From NCBI GenBank assembly GCA_964579375.1, contig CAZOGS010000003.1, positions 1-34,102 of the forward strand: DNA of 34,102 nucleotides, written 5' to 3'. Shown piece after piece: positions 17,926 to 27,216 of the stretch; position 1 is the first letter of the stretch; every line of letters starts with the position of its first letter. The notes under the pieces were generated by a model, which did not search any database, was not told the origin of the DNA, and was given only the letters and a program-made list of their open reading frames with translations. This DNA is from an uncultured Muribaculaceae bacterium. Its GTDB lineage: Bacteria > Cyanobacteriota > Vampirovibrionia > Gastranaerophilales > Gastranaerophilaceae. The translations under genes and the position numbers were made by a program.

Positions 17926-18960
17926 TTACGGACGATGAAATAATTCTTCGTAGAGTTTTAGCGAAATCGCCGTTACTATAACTGATGCAAAGAGTATCTC
18001 AAAGAATAACATGCTTTGGGATACTTTGTATTCGCACATTACGGGCAAATAGCCGATTAACAGGGCAAGAGTTGAAAGCCCGAAAGCAAGACCTTTGTAT
18101 TTCGGCATCATATTTGCAAGAACCGTAACCGTAATGGGCATGGTTAAATTGAAGAAAAACATTCCCAATATTGCAAGTTGCGGGATAAAACCGTATTTTA
18201 GGAGGGGAATAGACAGTAATAAGCCGATGACGGCAGTGTTGTACATTCCGAATTTGTCGGCTAAAAATCCTCCTGATGCTTTGCCTAAAGCGATTGCAAA
18301 CACAAATGTAAACAACAGGGGCATGGAATTTTTTGCCGCAAAGTCATATCCTAATCCGACAAATGAACGTATGCAAATTGAAATTAGGATAAGTAAAAGG
18401 ATTATTATATAAGCGGGAACATTTGCTTCATTTTTATAAATTTTTTGTTTTTCTTTTTCGGGAGTTATAAAAAGGAGCAGAGCAATTCCGATTAGTGGCA
18501 AAAAGCCTAACCATATTGTGTTAAAGCCTTTGATGGAGCTTAAAAGTGTTCCTAAAAATAATCCGACGGCACCCAAAGAAACGAAAAGCCCCGGAAGTTT
18601 TGCCCGTCCGTTACCTGCTTCGAGCGATATAATTCCGCCTCCGACGTGGAATAAGGCATTGCCTATACCTAATATTATGATTGCCAATAAAGGATTTTTA
18701 TAGAGAAAAATACCGAAAATTATAAATAAACATCCGAATATTGAAAAATCTTCGTATTTTTTAATATTATCGGCAGCAAATCCGAAGATAAATTGCAACC
18801 CAAACGCAAGCGAATTGTATACGATAACCAATTTCAGAAGGGTTACGAGGTCAACTTTGCCAAAAAACGAAAACAACATTGCCGCACAGCAGAAATCGAC
18901 AATTGCGTGTACAATTGCGTAAACTCCGATTAATACAGCTTTTTTTACGTTAAATACCAT
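17926..18960 (-). CDS. Polytopic membrane protein, compact MFS-like
   Basis: 344 aa with about 10-12 TM segments. Two halves each carry an MFS motif-A-like loop (GFAADNIKKYEDF and GKASGGFLADKFGMYN). The start overlaps the upstream gene by 11 nt. The family assignment is tentative. Confidence 0.55.
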   Translation of the reverse strand: MVFNVKKAVLIGVYAIVHAIVDFCCAAMLFSFFGKVDLVTLLKLVIVYNSLAFGLQFIFGFAADNIKKYEDFSIFGCLFIIFGIFLYKNPLLAIIILGIGNALFHVGGGIISLEAGNGRAKLPGLFVSLGAVGLFLGTLLSSIKGFNTIWLGFLPLIGIALLLFITPEKEKQKIYKNEANVPAYIIILLLILISICIRSFVGLGYDFAAKNSMPLLFTFVFAIALGKASGGFLADKFGMYNTAVIGLLLSIPLLKYGFIPQLAILGMFFFNLTMPITVTVLANMMPKYKGLAFGLSTLALLIGYLPVMCEYKVSQSMLFFEILFASVIVTAISLKLYEELFHRP

Positions 18961-20560
18961 ATTTTGATTTTTCTATTGCTCGGTTGAGAACAAATTTATC
19001 GTCATACAATTTTTGGAAATTGATGTGAGAAACCTCGTCCCCATCAATCATTCCGCCTTCTTCATAAAAGATTTTAACGGCTTTTTTAGCATCTATAAAT
19101 TTATATGCAACAATTTTGGCATCTTTATAGAATTTTTTATAATAATCAACAAAAGATGTATCTTTAAAAAACATTCTGTCCGTAATTTTTTCTTCAATAT
19201 CAATATTTTCATCATCGATATAGGGTTGAATTTTGAATATTTTGACTAACGAATCGTCGGGTAAAAGAGCCGTTTGTTTTTTTAAAGAGTAGAAACGATA
19301 CATTTTTTCAAAACAATATGTGGTGACCTTTGTTTCTTTAATTGTTGTTTTCCAAATTGACATTGTCGAAAAAATAAAAGGTGCTTGTACGGCAACAAAT
19401 GCAATTAATACGACAGAAAATAACGCCGATACTATTTTTAATTCTTTCGGTTCTGAGGTATGTTCACGAAGGCAAGCTCCGAAAAGGAGGAAAACGAACG
19501 CCATCATTAAAATTCTGAACAAAATTAACGATTCCGTTAACCAAAGCTCAATATTTGCTCCGACAGAGGAAAATAACATAAAATATGTTATTGCCCCGAA
19601 AAGGGTTATAAATACCGAGAAAATGGTTCTTTTTATGTAGGTTGATTTGTGCAGAGCAAGGAAATATAAAATTGCCGATAAAGTCAATATTAACGCAAGT
19701 TCAAAGACATTTGAAACGATAACGTATTTAAAAACGGATTTTAAAAAAGAAAGAATAGAAACATCCGTTGAAAAATATTTGAAAAATGACGGATAAATTC
19801 CGAAAATAATTGTGCCGACAGCATAAGCGGCAACAGGAATGTATACAATTTTGCCCTTTTCTTTAATTATATTTTTGTCTGTTTTTTTGTTCAAAATCAA
19901 AAGGTATACGCATATTCCGAAAAGCAAAAATCCGACGGAAATATTTACGAACATGGATGACATTGCGGTTAAAAAAGCAACAATGGTGAGTGTTTTAAGG
20001 TCTTTTTCGTCGGGAAGTTTGTTTTGAGAAAAATGGGCGATGATGAAATAAATAACGCCGAGTCCCAAAATCAGACTTAAAAATTGTCCGAAATGAGCGG
20101 AATATTCAGTTAATAAGATGAACGAACCGAATGTTTCATAATCGGGTAATTTGTGAAAATTCATCCAATCTAAGTTCATATTTGAAGAGGCATAGCAGAA
20201 GTAAAAAAGTGAAAATAAAGTGAAAAATATTATTGATTTTCCTTTTTCTCTTCCGTTAAAAGCGAACAACGGCATAATACCGCACAAGAGAACGACGTTA
20301 AAAGCTCTGAGCCATGCTCCTGCGGTCATGGAAAATTGGTGAGGGTGAATATGTAAAAACTGCGGTATCCAAACGCCGACGATTTGAGTTATTATTGCTG
20401 TAAAAATCCCGTCAATATTGAAATTCCCGCCTCCGTATAAAACGGAAACGATACTTGTTATATCATCGCCCGAAAATACATCATCGGATAAAAACCATGC
20501 AAAAAATGCGAAAATACAAACAAATATTACTCCTAAAGCTATTTTTGTGTTTTTGTTCAT
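18950..20560 (-). CDS. Large polytopic membrane protein with a C-terminal soluble domain (GT-C-like architecture, unassigned)
   Basis: 536 aa. An Asp-rich first loop (LSDDVFSGDD) follows TM1. About 12 TM segments are followed by a ~130-aa hydrophilic tail. AGAGG lies 8 nt upstream of the ATG. Confidence 0.6.
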   Translation of the reverse strand: MNKNTKIALGVIFVCIFAFFAWFLSDDVFSGDDITSIVSVLYGGGNFNIDGIFTAIITQIVGVWIPQFLHIHPHQFSMTAGAWLRAFNVVLLCGIMPLFAFNGREKGKSIIFFTLFSLFYFCYASSNMNLDWMNFHKLPDYETFGSFILLTEYSAHFGQFLSLILGLGVIYFIIAHFSQNKLPDEKDLKTLTIVAFLTAMSSMFVNISVGFLLFGICVYLLILNKKTDKNIIKEKGKIVYIPVAAYAVGTIIFGIYPSFFKYFSTDVSILSFLKSVFKYVIVSNVFELALILTLSAILYFLALHKSTYIKRTIFSVFITLFGAITYFMLFSSVGANIELWLTESLILFRILMMAFVFLLFGACLREHTSEPKELKIVSALFSVVLIAFVAVQAPFIFSTMSIWKTTIKETKVTTYCFEKMYRFYSLKKQTALLPDDSLVKIFKIQPYIDDENIDIEEKITDRMFFKDTSFVDYYKKFYKDAKIVAYKFIDAKKAVKIFYEEGGMIDGDEVSHINFQKLYDDKFVLNRAIEKSKYGI

Positions 20561-20577
20561 AAACGTACCTCTAATCG

Positions 20578-20606
20578 AGTATAGCCAAAAAATAACGATT
20601 TGTCAT
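20578..20606 (-). promoter_or_regulatory. Candidate promoter of the membrane-protein pair
   Basis: On the minus strand ATGACA (20601-20606) is followed by a 17-nt spacer and TATACT (20578-20583), about 17 nt upstream of the ATG at 20560. Confidence 0.4.
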
Positions 20607-20848
20607 CTTTTCGAAAGAGTAAGTTTGTTAGGATAAATAAAATTAAATGAATAAAAGAATTACATCTTTTTGACTCCGAGTGGGTAATTAAAAATTGCCT
20701 CAAAAAAATGATTTGTTCGAAACTCTGACTATGAGGCGTTTTCTGCCGGTGAATTTTTGATAAGAGTAAAAAAACAATACTGCCTAATTGTGTAATATAC
20801 AAAATTTTATTATGAACGTAAGATTAATAGACAAAGAGAGGTGACTAC

Positions 20849-21838
20849 ATGGCAAAGAACAAATTAATAACATTAATTTCAAATCCTGTTTGCAATGTAA
20901 ATAAATCTTGCTTGCAAACGTTAACGGATTGTCTGATTGATTCATCAAACGACAAAATTGTAATTACGGATTCAAAATTTAGAATTATAACATCAAATTT
21001 CAGTGATTTTTACTATGGGGAAAACGTACTTAAAAAACTGAAATTGAAAAAAATTGATTTTTGCGAAAAATATCAACGCTCGTATTTAATTGACGGGAAG
21101 AAATTTGTTTTTGAAATCAGTGTATCAAAAATAAATACGGAAGAGTCGGGTTATGAGCGATTTATATTTATTCTTAAGGATATAACTGCGGAAGAGGAAT
21201 ACAGAAGGAAGCTTTCAAAGTTGATGCATTTTTTGAAGCACGAGCTTTCGACCCCGTTGATATCTCAAGCAATGGCACTGAAGTTGGTATTAAAGTCCGA
21301 AAAGAATAAAGTTTTGCTTCCGGAAATTTTGCATTCTTGTGAAACTTCTTACAGACTTTTAAAAAACTGTATTGAAGAAGTTGAATTTGACGAAAACAGT
21401 TTGAAATTGAATAAAACTAATGTTAATTTGCAAAGTTTTATAACTGAATTTTTGTCAAGTTGCCAAAAATTTCTTTTATCGAGAAATATTAAAATCGAAA
21501 CAAACATTATTAAAAACAATAAAATTGCTGCGGATGAACAATTGTTGAAAAAAGCTTTAGAAAATATACTTTTTCAGATTAATGAGAGGTGTGATGAAAA
21601 TTCTAAAATTATTTTAAAAGCGGAATGTTCAAAAACCAATTTTAGGTTTGAAATCCTTGCACAGTTTGAGTTTGAAGAAGAAATGTTTCATCAAACGGAT
21701 GAAAAATTATATACAAAATTAGCACACGATAACGGTTTATTTCTTGCGGAAAGAATTATTTCCGCACACGGAGGCAGGATTATTATTCAGCAACGTTGTG
21801 ACAGAACAAGTTTGAAAATAATTTTACCTAACGAATAA
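20849..21838 (+). CDS. Cytoplasmic PAS-like/HisKA histidine-kinase-like protein with a degenerate ATPase domain
   Basis: 329 aa with no TM segment. A PAS-like N-terminus (IVITDSKFRIITSN ... FIFILKDITAEEEYRRKL) is followed by the H-box FLKHELSTPL. The C-terminus resembles HATPase_c (ALENILFQINERC, LFLAERIISAHGGRIIIQ), but G1 and G2 are not recognisable. GAGAGG SD. Confidence 0.7.
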   Translation: MAKNKLITLISNPVCNVNKSCLQTLTDCLIDSSNDKIVITDSKFRIITSNFSDFYYGENVLKKLKLKKIDFCEKYQRSYLIDGKKFVFEISVSKINTEESGYERFIFILKDITAEEEYRRKLSKLMHFLKHELSTPLISQAMALKLVLKSEKNKVLLPEILHSCETSYRLLKNCIEEVEFDENSLKLNKTNVNLQSFITEFLSSCQKFLLSRNIKIETNIIKNNKIAADEQLLKKALENILFQINERCDENSKIILKAECSKTNFRFEILAQFEFEEEMFHQTDEKLYTKLAHDNGLFLAERIISAHGGRIIIQQRCDRTSLKIILPNE

Positions 21839-21919
21839 TTAATAAAAAATAAATTTTGCGGACTTTCATAAAAAACTCATTAAAATAAGAATATAAGAAG
21901 AAAAGAATAAGAGGTTTTT

Positions 21920-24517
21920 ATGACTGATTTTAACAAATTAACTGATTATACAAAGCAAATTTTGTATTCCGCACAGCAGTTGATGTTGAAAAATCGAAAC
22001 TCCCAACTTGAACCGATACATATTTTGGGTGCAATTCTTGAGGATACGGAAGGTGTTTCAAAAGATTATGTAAAATTTTTGAAACTTGATAATTCAAACT
22101 TCAAAAAGGAATTAAATAATGAATTATTCAAAGTTCCAAAGCTTTCAACAGTCGTAAATGGCGGAAGTCTTTACCTTTCTGATTCAACTTATAATTTGCT
22201 TGATTTGGCGAAAGAAAAAGCGGATATGTTCAAAGATTCTTTTATCGGGATTGAGCATATTCTTCTTGCCATGACAGAATTTTCAGAAACGGCAAGCTTC
22301 TTAAAACGTTTTAACGTCACAAAAGAAAAGGTTTTAAACGCAATGAAAGATGTCAGAGGAAATCAAAAATCGGATAGTGCAAATGCTGAAGATGCATATA
22401 AATCGCTTGAAAAATATTCTACAGATTTGACGAAATCCGCACGGGCAGGCAAACTTGACCCTGTTATCGGCAGAGATGAAGAAGTTCGTCGAATAATTCA
22501 AGTTTTGAACAGAAAAACAAAAAACAACCCTGTTTTAATCGGGGAACCCGGAGTCGGCAAAACGGCGATTGTAGAGGGTCTTGCACAACGTATAGTTCGA
22601 GGAGATGTTCCCGAAAGCCTTAAAGATACAAAACTCGTATCTCTTGATTTAGGGGCGTTGATTGCGGGTGCAAAATTCCGTGGTGAATTTGAGGAAAGGT
22701 TAAAAGCCGTTTTGAAGGAAGTTGAATCTTCAAATGGTGAAATCATAATGTTTATCGATGAGCTTCATACGGTAGTCGGAGCAGGTGCGGCGGAAGGTTC
22801 AACCGATGCCGGCAATCTTTTAAAACCGATGCTTGCGAGAGGTGTTTTGCGTTGTATCGGTGCTACAACGGTGAATGAGTATCGAAAGTATATTGAAAAA
22901 GACCCCGCCCTTGAAAGACGTTTTCAACCCGTAATGGTTAATGAACCGACGGTTGAAGACACCATAAGTATCTTGAGAGGGCTCAAAGAACGCTATGAAG
23001 TCCATCACGGGGTTAGGATTAAAGATTCAGCTTTGATTGCGGCTGCGAAACTTTCGGACAGATATATTACGGACAGATTTTTGCCCGATAAAGCGATAGA
23101 TTTGATTGATGAAGCGGCATCTTCTCTTCGTATTGAAATTGATTCAATGCCTGAAGAGCTTGATAATATGGTTCGTCAAAAAATGCAACTTGAGATTGAA
23201 AAAACAGCTCTTCAAAGTGAACCGACGGATGAAAACAATGAAAAAATTGCCCATATTGATAATCTTTTGAAAGAATTAAATTCCAAAATTGAAATCATTA
23301 AAAATCAATGGGAGCTTGAGAAAAGTTCAATCAAAGACGAAGCTTCAATTAAGGAAGAAATTGAAAAAGTTAAGATTGAAATCGAAAAAGCGGAGCGGGA
23401 AGCGGACTTACAACGTGCCGCAGAGCTTAAGTACGGCAAATTAATCGGGCTTCAAAAACAGCTTGAAAACGCAAAGAATAAAGACTCTTCGGATAATCAG
23501 CTTTTGAAAGAAGAAATTGATGAAGATGATATCGCACAAATCGTAAGCAAATGGACGGGAATTGCCGTGTCAAAGCTTATGGAAAGCGAAGTTCAAAAAC
23601 TTCTTAATATGGAAGATTTTCTTCATAAGCGAGTTGTCGGACAGGATGAAGCGGTTACGATTGTTTCTGATGCAATCAGACGTGCAAGGTCGGGCTTAAA
23701 AAATCCCAATCGCCCGATAGGAACATTTATTTTCCTCGGACCTACAGGTGTCGGAAAGACAGAGCTTGCAAAAGCTTTGGCAGAATTTATGTTCAATGAC
23801 GAAGATGCTCTAATCAGAATTGATATGTCGGAATATTCTGAAAAATATACTGTTGCAAGGCTTGTCGGAGCTCCTCCGGGATATGTCGGCTACGATGAAG
23901 GCGGTCAATTAACCGAAGCAGTAAGAAGAAAGCCTTATTCCGTCATTCTTTTTGATGAAATAGAAAAGGCACATCCGGAAATTTTCAACATAATGTTGCA
24001 AATTTTTGATGACGGCAGATTGACTGATTCTAAAGGTAAAACGGTCGATTTTAAAAACACGCTTATCATTTTGACAAGCAATATCGGCAGTGATGTAATT
24101 CTTGAAAACACCGTAAAATCAATGCTTAGCGAAAAAGAATATAACTATTTGAAAGAAGAAATTGAAGCGATTATGAAAACGAGATTTAAGCCGGAATTTC
24201 TTAACAGAATTGATGAAACGGTATTCTTTAAGGCTTTGACAATGCAGGATTTGAAACGAATTACGGATATTCAAATCAAGTATCTTGAAAACTTATTGAA
24301 GGAACAAGAAATCACAATGACGATGACGGATGATGCAAGAGAATTAATTGCCCGTGACGGTTTTAATCCTCAATATGGTGCAAGACCGCTTAAGAGAACG
24401 ATTATGCAACTTGTTGAAAACCCGCTTGCTAAAATTATTCTGTCGGGCGGGCTCAAAAAAGGCGACACTGCGGTCATTGATACGGACGGTGAAAAAATTA
24501 CAATTCATAAAAAATAA
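21920..24517 (+). CDS. clpB: ATP-dependent chaperone ClpB
   Basis: 865 aa. It has two AAA+ modules ([15 protein letters not shown] with FIDELH; [15 protein letters not shown] with LFDEIEKAH), a long coiled-coil middle domain and a Clp N-domain. Confidence 0.97.
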   Translation: MTDFNKLTDYTKQILYSAQQLMLKNRNSQLEPIHILGAILEDTEGVSKDYVKFLKLDNSNFKKELNNELFKVPKLSTVVNGGSLYLSDSTYNLLDLAKEKADMFKDSFIGIEHILLAMTEFSETASFLKRFNVTKEKVLNAMKDVRGNQKSDSANAEDAYKSLEKYSTDLTKSARAGKLDPVIGRDEEVRRIIQVLNRKTKNNPVLIGEPGVGKTAIVEGLAQRIVRGDVPESLKDTKLVSLDLGALIAGAKFRGEFEERLKAVLKEVESSNGEIIMFIDELHTVVGAGAAEGSTDAGNLLKPMLARGVLRCIGATTVNEYRKYIEKDPALERRFQPVMVNEPTVEDTISILRGLKERYEVHHGVRIKDSALIAAAKLSDRYITDRFLPDKAIDLIDEAASSLRIEIDSMPEELDNMVRQKMQLEIEKTALQSEPTDENNEKIAHIDNLLKELNSKIEIIKNQWELEKSSIKDEASIKEEIEKVKIEIEKAEREADLQRAAELKYGKLIGLQKQLENAKNKDSSDNQLLKEEIDEDDIAQIVSKWTGIAVSKLMESEVQKLLNMEDFLHKRVVGQDEAVTIVSDAIRRARSGLKNPNRPIGTFIFLGPTGVGKTELAKALAEFMFNDEDALIRIDMSEYSEKYTVARLVGAPPGYVGYDEGGQLTEAVRRKPYSVILFDEIEKAHPEIFNIMLQIFDDGRLTDSKGKTVDFKNTLIILTSNIGSDVILENTVKSMLSEKEYNYLKEEIEAIMKTRFKPEFLNRIDETVFFKALTMQDLKRITDIQIKYLENLLKEQEITMTMTDDARELIARDGFNPQYGARPLKRTIMQLVENPLAKIILSGGLKKGDTAVIDTDGEKITIHKK

Positions 24518-24529
24518 AATTTTCACTTC

Positions 24530-24581
24530 AAAATCCCGTTTGGAACACAAAAATTTTCTTTTTGTTCGGGCGGGATTTTTT
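24530..24581. terminator. Compound hairpin terminator between convergent clpB and the ABC permease
   Basis: The outer stem aaaatcccg (24530-24538) pairs with cgggatttt (24571-24579). An inner stem gaaca(c)aaaa / ttttgttc lies within it. T-runs follow on both strands. Confidence 0.6.
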
Positions 24582-24592
24582 GTCGGAAAAAT

Positions 24593-25426
24593 TTATTCTT
24601 TAACGCCGCCGCTCATAATGTCGTTGATAAAATATTTTCTTCCTGCGATAAACAGTGCAATAACAGGGATACAGCAAATGACGCAATATGCGGTTAATTC
24701 ACCCCAAAGAATTACCTCACGATAGCCCGATTTAAGGTATGCAAGTCCGACGGGCAAAGTCCGCATCGTTTCTGAGGTTGTGACGATTAATGGCCACATA
24801 AAGGCATTCCAAGTCGTTATGAAGGTGAAAATTCCGAGTGTTGCGACCGCAGGTGCGGCAAGAGGAAGAGCGGTTCTGAAAAATATTCCGAACGCTCCGC
24901 AACCGTCTATTTTAGCGGCATCTTCAAGTTCTTTCGGGAGCATTTTAAAATATTGCCTCATCATAAAAACCCCGAAACCCCCGAACATCCCCGGCAAAAT
25001 CATTGCTTGATATGTGTCGACCCAATTTAATTCTCTCATAACGAAAAATAAAGGAATGATGTTGACTTGCGGGGGAATCATCATTGTTATCAAAATAATT
25101 ATAAAAAGAGGTTCCTTAAATCTGAAATTTAGCCTTGCAAAAGCGTATCCCGCAAGTGCGGATATGAAAACCTGTCCGATAGTTGTAATCGTGGCAATGT
25201 AAAAACTGTTTAAGAAATATTGTTTTAACGGCACGGTTGAAAAAACGCTTCGGTAATTTTCAAATGTTATATGGTCGGGTATAAATTTGGGCGGATAAGA
25301 AAAAATTTGCTCTTCTCCTGAAAATGAAAGCGTAAACATAAATAAAAACGGCATAAGCATCAATAAAGCACCGCAAATTAAAACGGTGTAGCATAAAATT
25401 TTTAATACCCTGCTCTTTTTTTTCAT
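24593..25426 (-). CDS. CUT1-family (MalG-like) ABC sugar transporter permease
   Basis: 277 aa with 6 TM segments and the EAA loop LEDAAKIDGCGAFGIFFRTALPLAAP. No partner permease, binding protein or ATPase gene lies within the window. Confidence 0.9.
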   Translation of the reverse strand: MKKKSRVLKILCYTVLICGALLMLMPFLFMFTLSFSGEEQIFSYPPKFIPDHITFENYRSVFSTVPLKQYFLNSFYIATITTIGQVFISALAGYAFARLNFRFKEPLFIIILITMMIPPQVNIIPLFFVMRELNWVDTYQAMILPGMFGGFGVFMMRQYFKMLPKELEDAAKIDGCGAFGIFFRTALPLAAPAVATLGIFTFITTWNAFMWPLIVTTSETMRTLPVGLAYLKSGYREVILWGELTAYCVICCIPVIALFIAGRKYFINDIMSGGVKE

Positions 25427-25432
25427 ATTTTG

Positions 25433-25461
25433 ACTATAACAGGAGATTATATTTTCGGCAA
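25433..25461 (-). promoter_or_regulatory. Candidate promoter placed for a leaderless permease mRNA
   Basis: On the minus strand TTGCCG (25456-25461) is followed by a 17-nt spacer, TATAGT (25433-25438), then 6 nt and the ATG (25426). No SD is present. Confidence 0.4.
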
Positions 25462-25484
25462 ATCTCTTTATATAATTAGTAAAG

Positions 25485-25515
25485 CAATAAAAAACGAGGC
25501 TTTTAACCCCGTTTT
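25485..25515 (-). terminator. Candidate terminator after the small acidic ORF
   Basis: The minus-strand RNA can fold as AAAACGGGG-(7 nt)-CCUCGUUUU with one G.U pair, followed by UUAUUG. The same position is an A.C mismatch on the plus strand, which favours minus-strand function. Confidence 0.45.
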
Positions 25516-25547
25516 ACAAATCCCTTTGAAATAAATTCTTATGAAAA

Positions 25548-25679
25548 CTATTTTTCAATTTCCATAAATTGATCTTCTGCAAGAACATCCGCAACGTAAC
25601 CGAGGCATGTATCCAACATTTCGTTTAAGCCTGATTCGAGCTCAATGTTAAACAAAACATCCGATGAATTCATTTCCAT
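25548..25679 (-). CDS. Small very acidic protein (43 aa), below the cutoff of the ORF track
   Basis: AAGGAG (25685-25690) lies 5 nt upstream of the ATG (25677-25679). The translation is MEMNSSDVLFNIELESGLNEMLDTCLGYVADVLAEDQFMEIEK, ending at TAG (25548-25550), with 11 acidic residues and 1 basic residue. A candidate terminator follows. Confidence 0.5.
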   Translation of the reverse strand: MEMNSSDVLFNIELESGLNEMLDTCLGYVADVLAEDQFMEIEK

Positions 25680-25782
25680 AATATCTCCTTAAAATAAATT
25701 TTCTCTTATGTAATTTTTATCGACCATGCCCGATAAAAACTTTAACAACAAGAATGATTTGTTAAGAATTATTACGTTTAAA

Positions 25783-26073
25783 TTATTCGAACTTTTTGTT
25801 GCAATGCGGACAGGAGGAAGCTCCACGTTTCACGTTGTTTCCGCAAAATGGGCAAACTTTATAGACTTCGCCTATTTCAGGTTCAAAGTTTTTTTCTTTT
25901 TCTTCGGTATGTTGAATCATTTTAGTTTTAAGTCGCAAGTAAACATTGTACGCAAAAGCGAGGATAATGATTGCGAAGATGATGTAATACAACTTCAGAG
26001 CAAAAAACAGCCAACAGAAGAATATGCTCCAAAGCAAACACCCAAGACCGTTTATTTGTTTGAAATAATACAT
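25783..26073 (-). CDS. Membrane-anchored zinc-ribbon protein
   Basis: 96 aa. Two N-terminal hydrophobic helices are followed by a C-terminal CPFCG...CPHC zinc ribbon. The ATG shares 1 nt with the tsaB TAA stop (TAATG at 26071-26075). Confidence 0.7.
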   Translation of the reverse strand: MYYFKQINGLGCLLWSIFFCWLFFALKLYYIIFAIIILAFAYNVYLRLKTKMIQHTEEKEKNFEPEIGEVYKVCPFCGNNVKRGASSCPHCNKKFE

Positions 26074-26744
26074 TATGCACCGACCTTTTTAGGAGCGGAA
26101 ATTGACGGAGGCTGAATGTAGAGCGGTTTTGCTTTTGCCCAATGGTAGTCATTGTTTCCGCATAATTTTTGATATACGGTGTGATACAAAAACTCACCTA
26201 ATTCGTAGTTATCAGCTTCGTAGTTAATTGATTGAATTTCTTTTGTTTGTAAGAAGTTGTGAATTGAGTTGTCGGTGATAACGGTGTATTCATCGGAGTT
26301 GATGAGGTTTTCCAAATCTTCGATGCAGATGGCTTTCGGTTCAATTAAAACTTCATTTTTGTCATAAGCCGCAACATAGACCTTGTGTTTTCTTGCATCG
26401 AGGACAGTAAGTGTTTTTTTGTTGCCGTTATTGATTTTCGAAAGGATTTCAAGCGACGGAACGGGAACGACTTTGATGTTGAGTTGTTGAGCCGCAGTTC
26501 TTGCGATGACCGTGCAAATTCTTATGCCGGTAAAGCTTCCGGGACCTTCGTTAATCCCGATTGCATCGATATCCTGCATCGTAATTTTTTGTGATTTTAA
26601 AAGATTTATAATTTCCGGAACGAGATAAGCACTGTGATATTTTTCTTCATCGGAAGGAATTGCTTTGCTGACAAGAATATCGTTGTCTTCGCCGTAAGCA
26701 ATGTATGTTTTGTTCAAAGATGTGTCAAAAGTTAATATTTTCAT
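26073..26744 (-). CDS. tsaB: tRNA t6A37 biosynthesis protein TsaB
   Basis: MKILTFDTSLNKTYIAYG..., GINEGPGSFTGIRICTVIARTAAQ is the typical TsaB (YeaZ) core. The start is taken at Met18 of the tracked ORF (ATG 26744), 4 nt after the tsaE stop, instead of 26795, which overlaps tsaE. Confidence 0.85.
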   Translation of the reverse strand: MKILTFDTSLNKTYIAYGEDNDILVSKAIPSDEEKYHSAYLVPEIINLLKSQKITMQDIDAIGINEGPGSFTGIRICTVIARTAAQQLNIKVVPVPSLEILSKINNGNKKTLTVLDARKHKVYVAAYDKNEVLIEPKAICIEDLENLINSDEYTVITDNSIHNFLQTKEIQSINYEADNYELGEFLYHTVYQKLCGNNDYHWAKAKPLYIQPPSISAPKKVGA

Positions 26745-26748
26745 TGTT

Positions 26749-27216
26749 TTAAGCCATTTTTTCGAGAATTTTTTCCGACTTTTCGCCCACTGCATCGAAA
26801 GTCATTTCTCTTTCAGTATCTGACAAATAGGAAATATTTACAATTAGTCGGTCGAACGGTAATTCTGTATCGGGTGAAAATTCTGCCCATTCAACCATTG
26901 TTAACATTTTTCCTTCGGAATATTCTTCTAATTCATCCGATATTGTTGCGACGCCTTCGCTTTCGAGTCTGTAGAGGTCAAAATGATAGACGGGTATTTT
27001 ACCGCTTTTGTATTCATTCAAGATGACGAAACTCGGGCTTGTAACTTTTTGTTTTACATCGAGGTATTTGCAAACAAATTTTGTAAACGCAGTTTTTCCC
27101 GCACCGATATCGCCGTGCAAGCATACGAAAGCACCTGTTTCTTCGATAGCTTTTGCGAATAATCGAGCAACATTTTCGGTGTCTTCAAGATTGTTGCAAC
27201 GATAAAGGAGAGTCAT
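26749..27216 (-). CDS. tsaE: tRNA t6A37 biosynthesis ATPase TsaE
   Basis: Contains LHGDIGAGKTAFTKF (P-loop), SPSFVILNEY and HFDLYRL. The ATG shares 1 nt with the bamA TGA stop (TGATG at 27214-27218). Confidence 0.9.
   Translation of the reverse strand: MTLLYRCNNLEDTENVARLFAKAIEETGAFVCLHGDIGAGKTAFTKFVCKYLDVKQKVTSPSFVILNEYKSGKIPVYHFDLYRLESEGVATISDELEEYSEGKMLTMVEWAEFSPDTELPFDRLIVNISYLSDTEREMTFDAVGEKSEKILEKMA

Noticed and set aside
20557-20802. 81-aa minus-strand ORF filling the 288-bp gap between the membrane-protein gene and the kinase-like gene.
   Set aside because: It would overlap the promoter and SD of the 536-aa gene and end inside it. It has no SD or recognisable features, and its composition looks intergenic. 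I also looked for a structured RNA or riboswitch here and saw no convincing conserved-looking helices.
25726-26197. Plus-strand 129-aa ORF (25726..26115) and minus-strand 89-aa ORF (25928..26197).
   Set aside because: Both overlap the zinc-ribbon ORF and the tsaB 3' end. The 96-aa minus-strand frame is preferred because of its TAATG coupling to tsaB, its two clean TM helices and its CPxC...CPxC ribbon. The alternatives have no such features.
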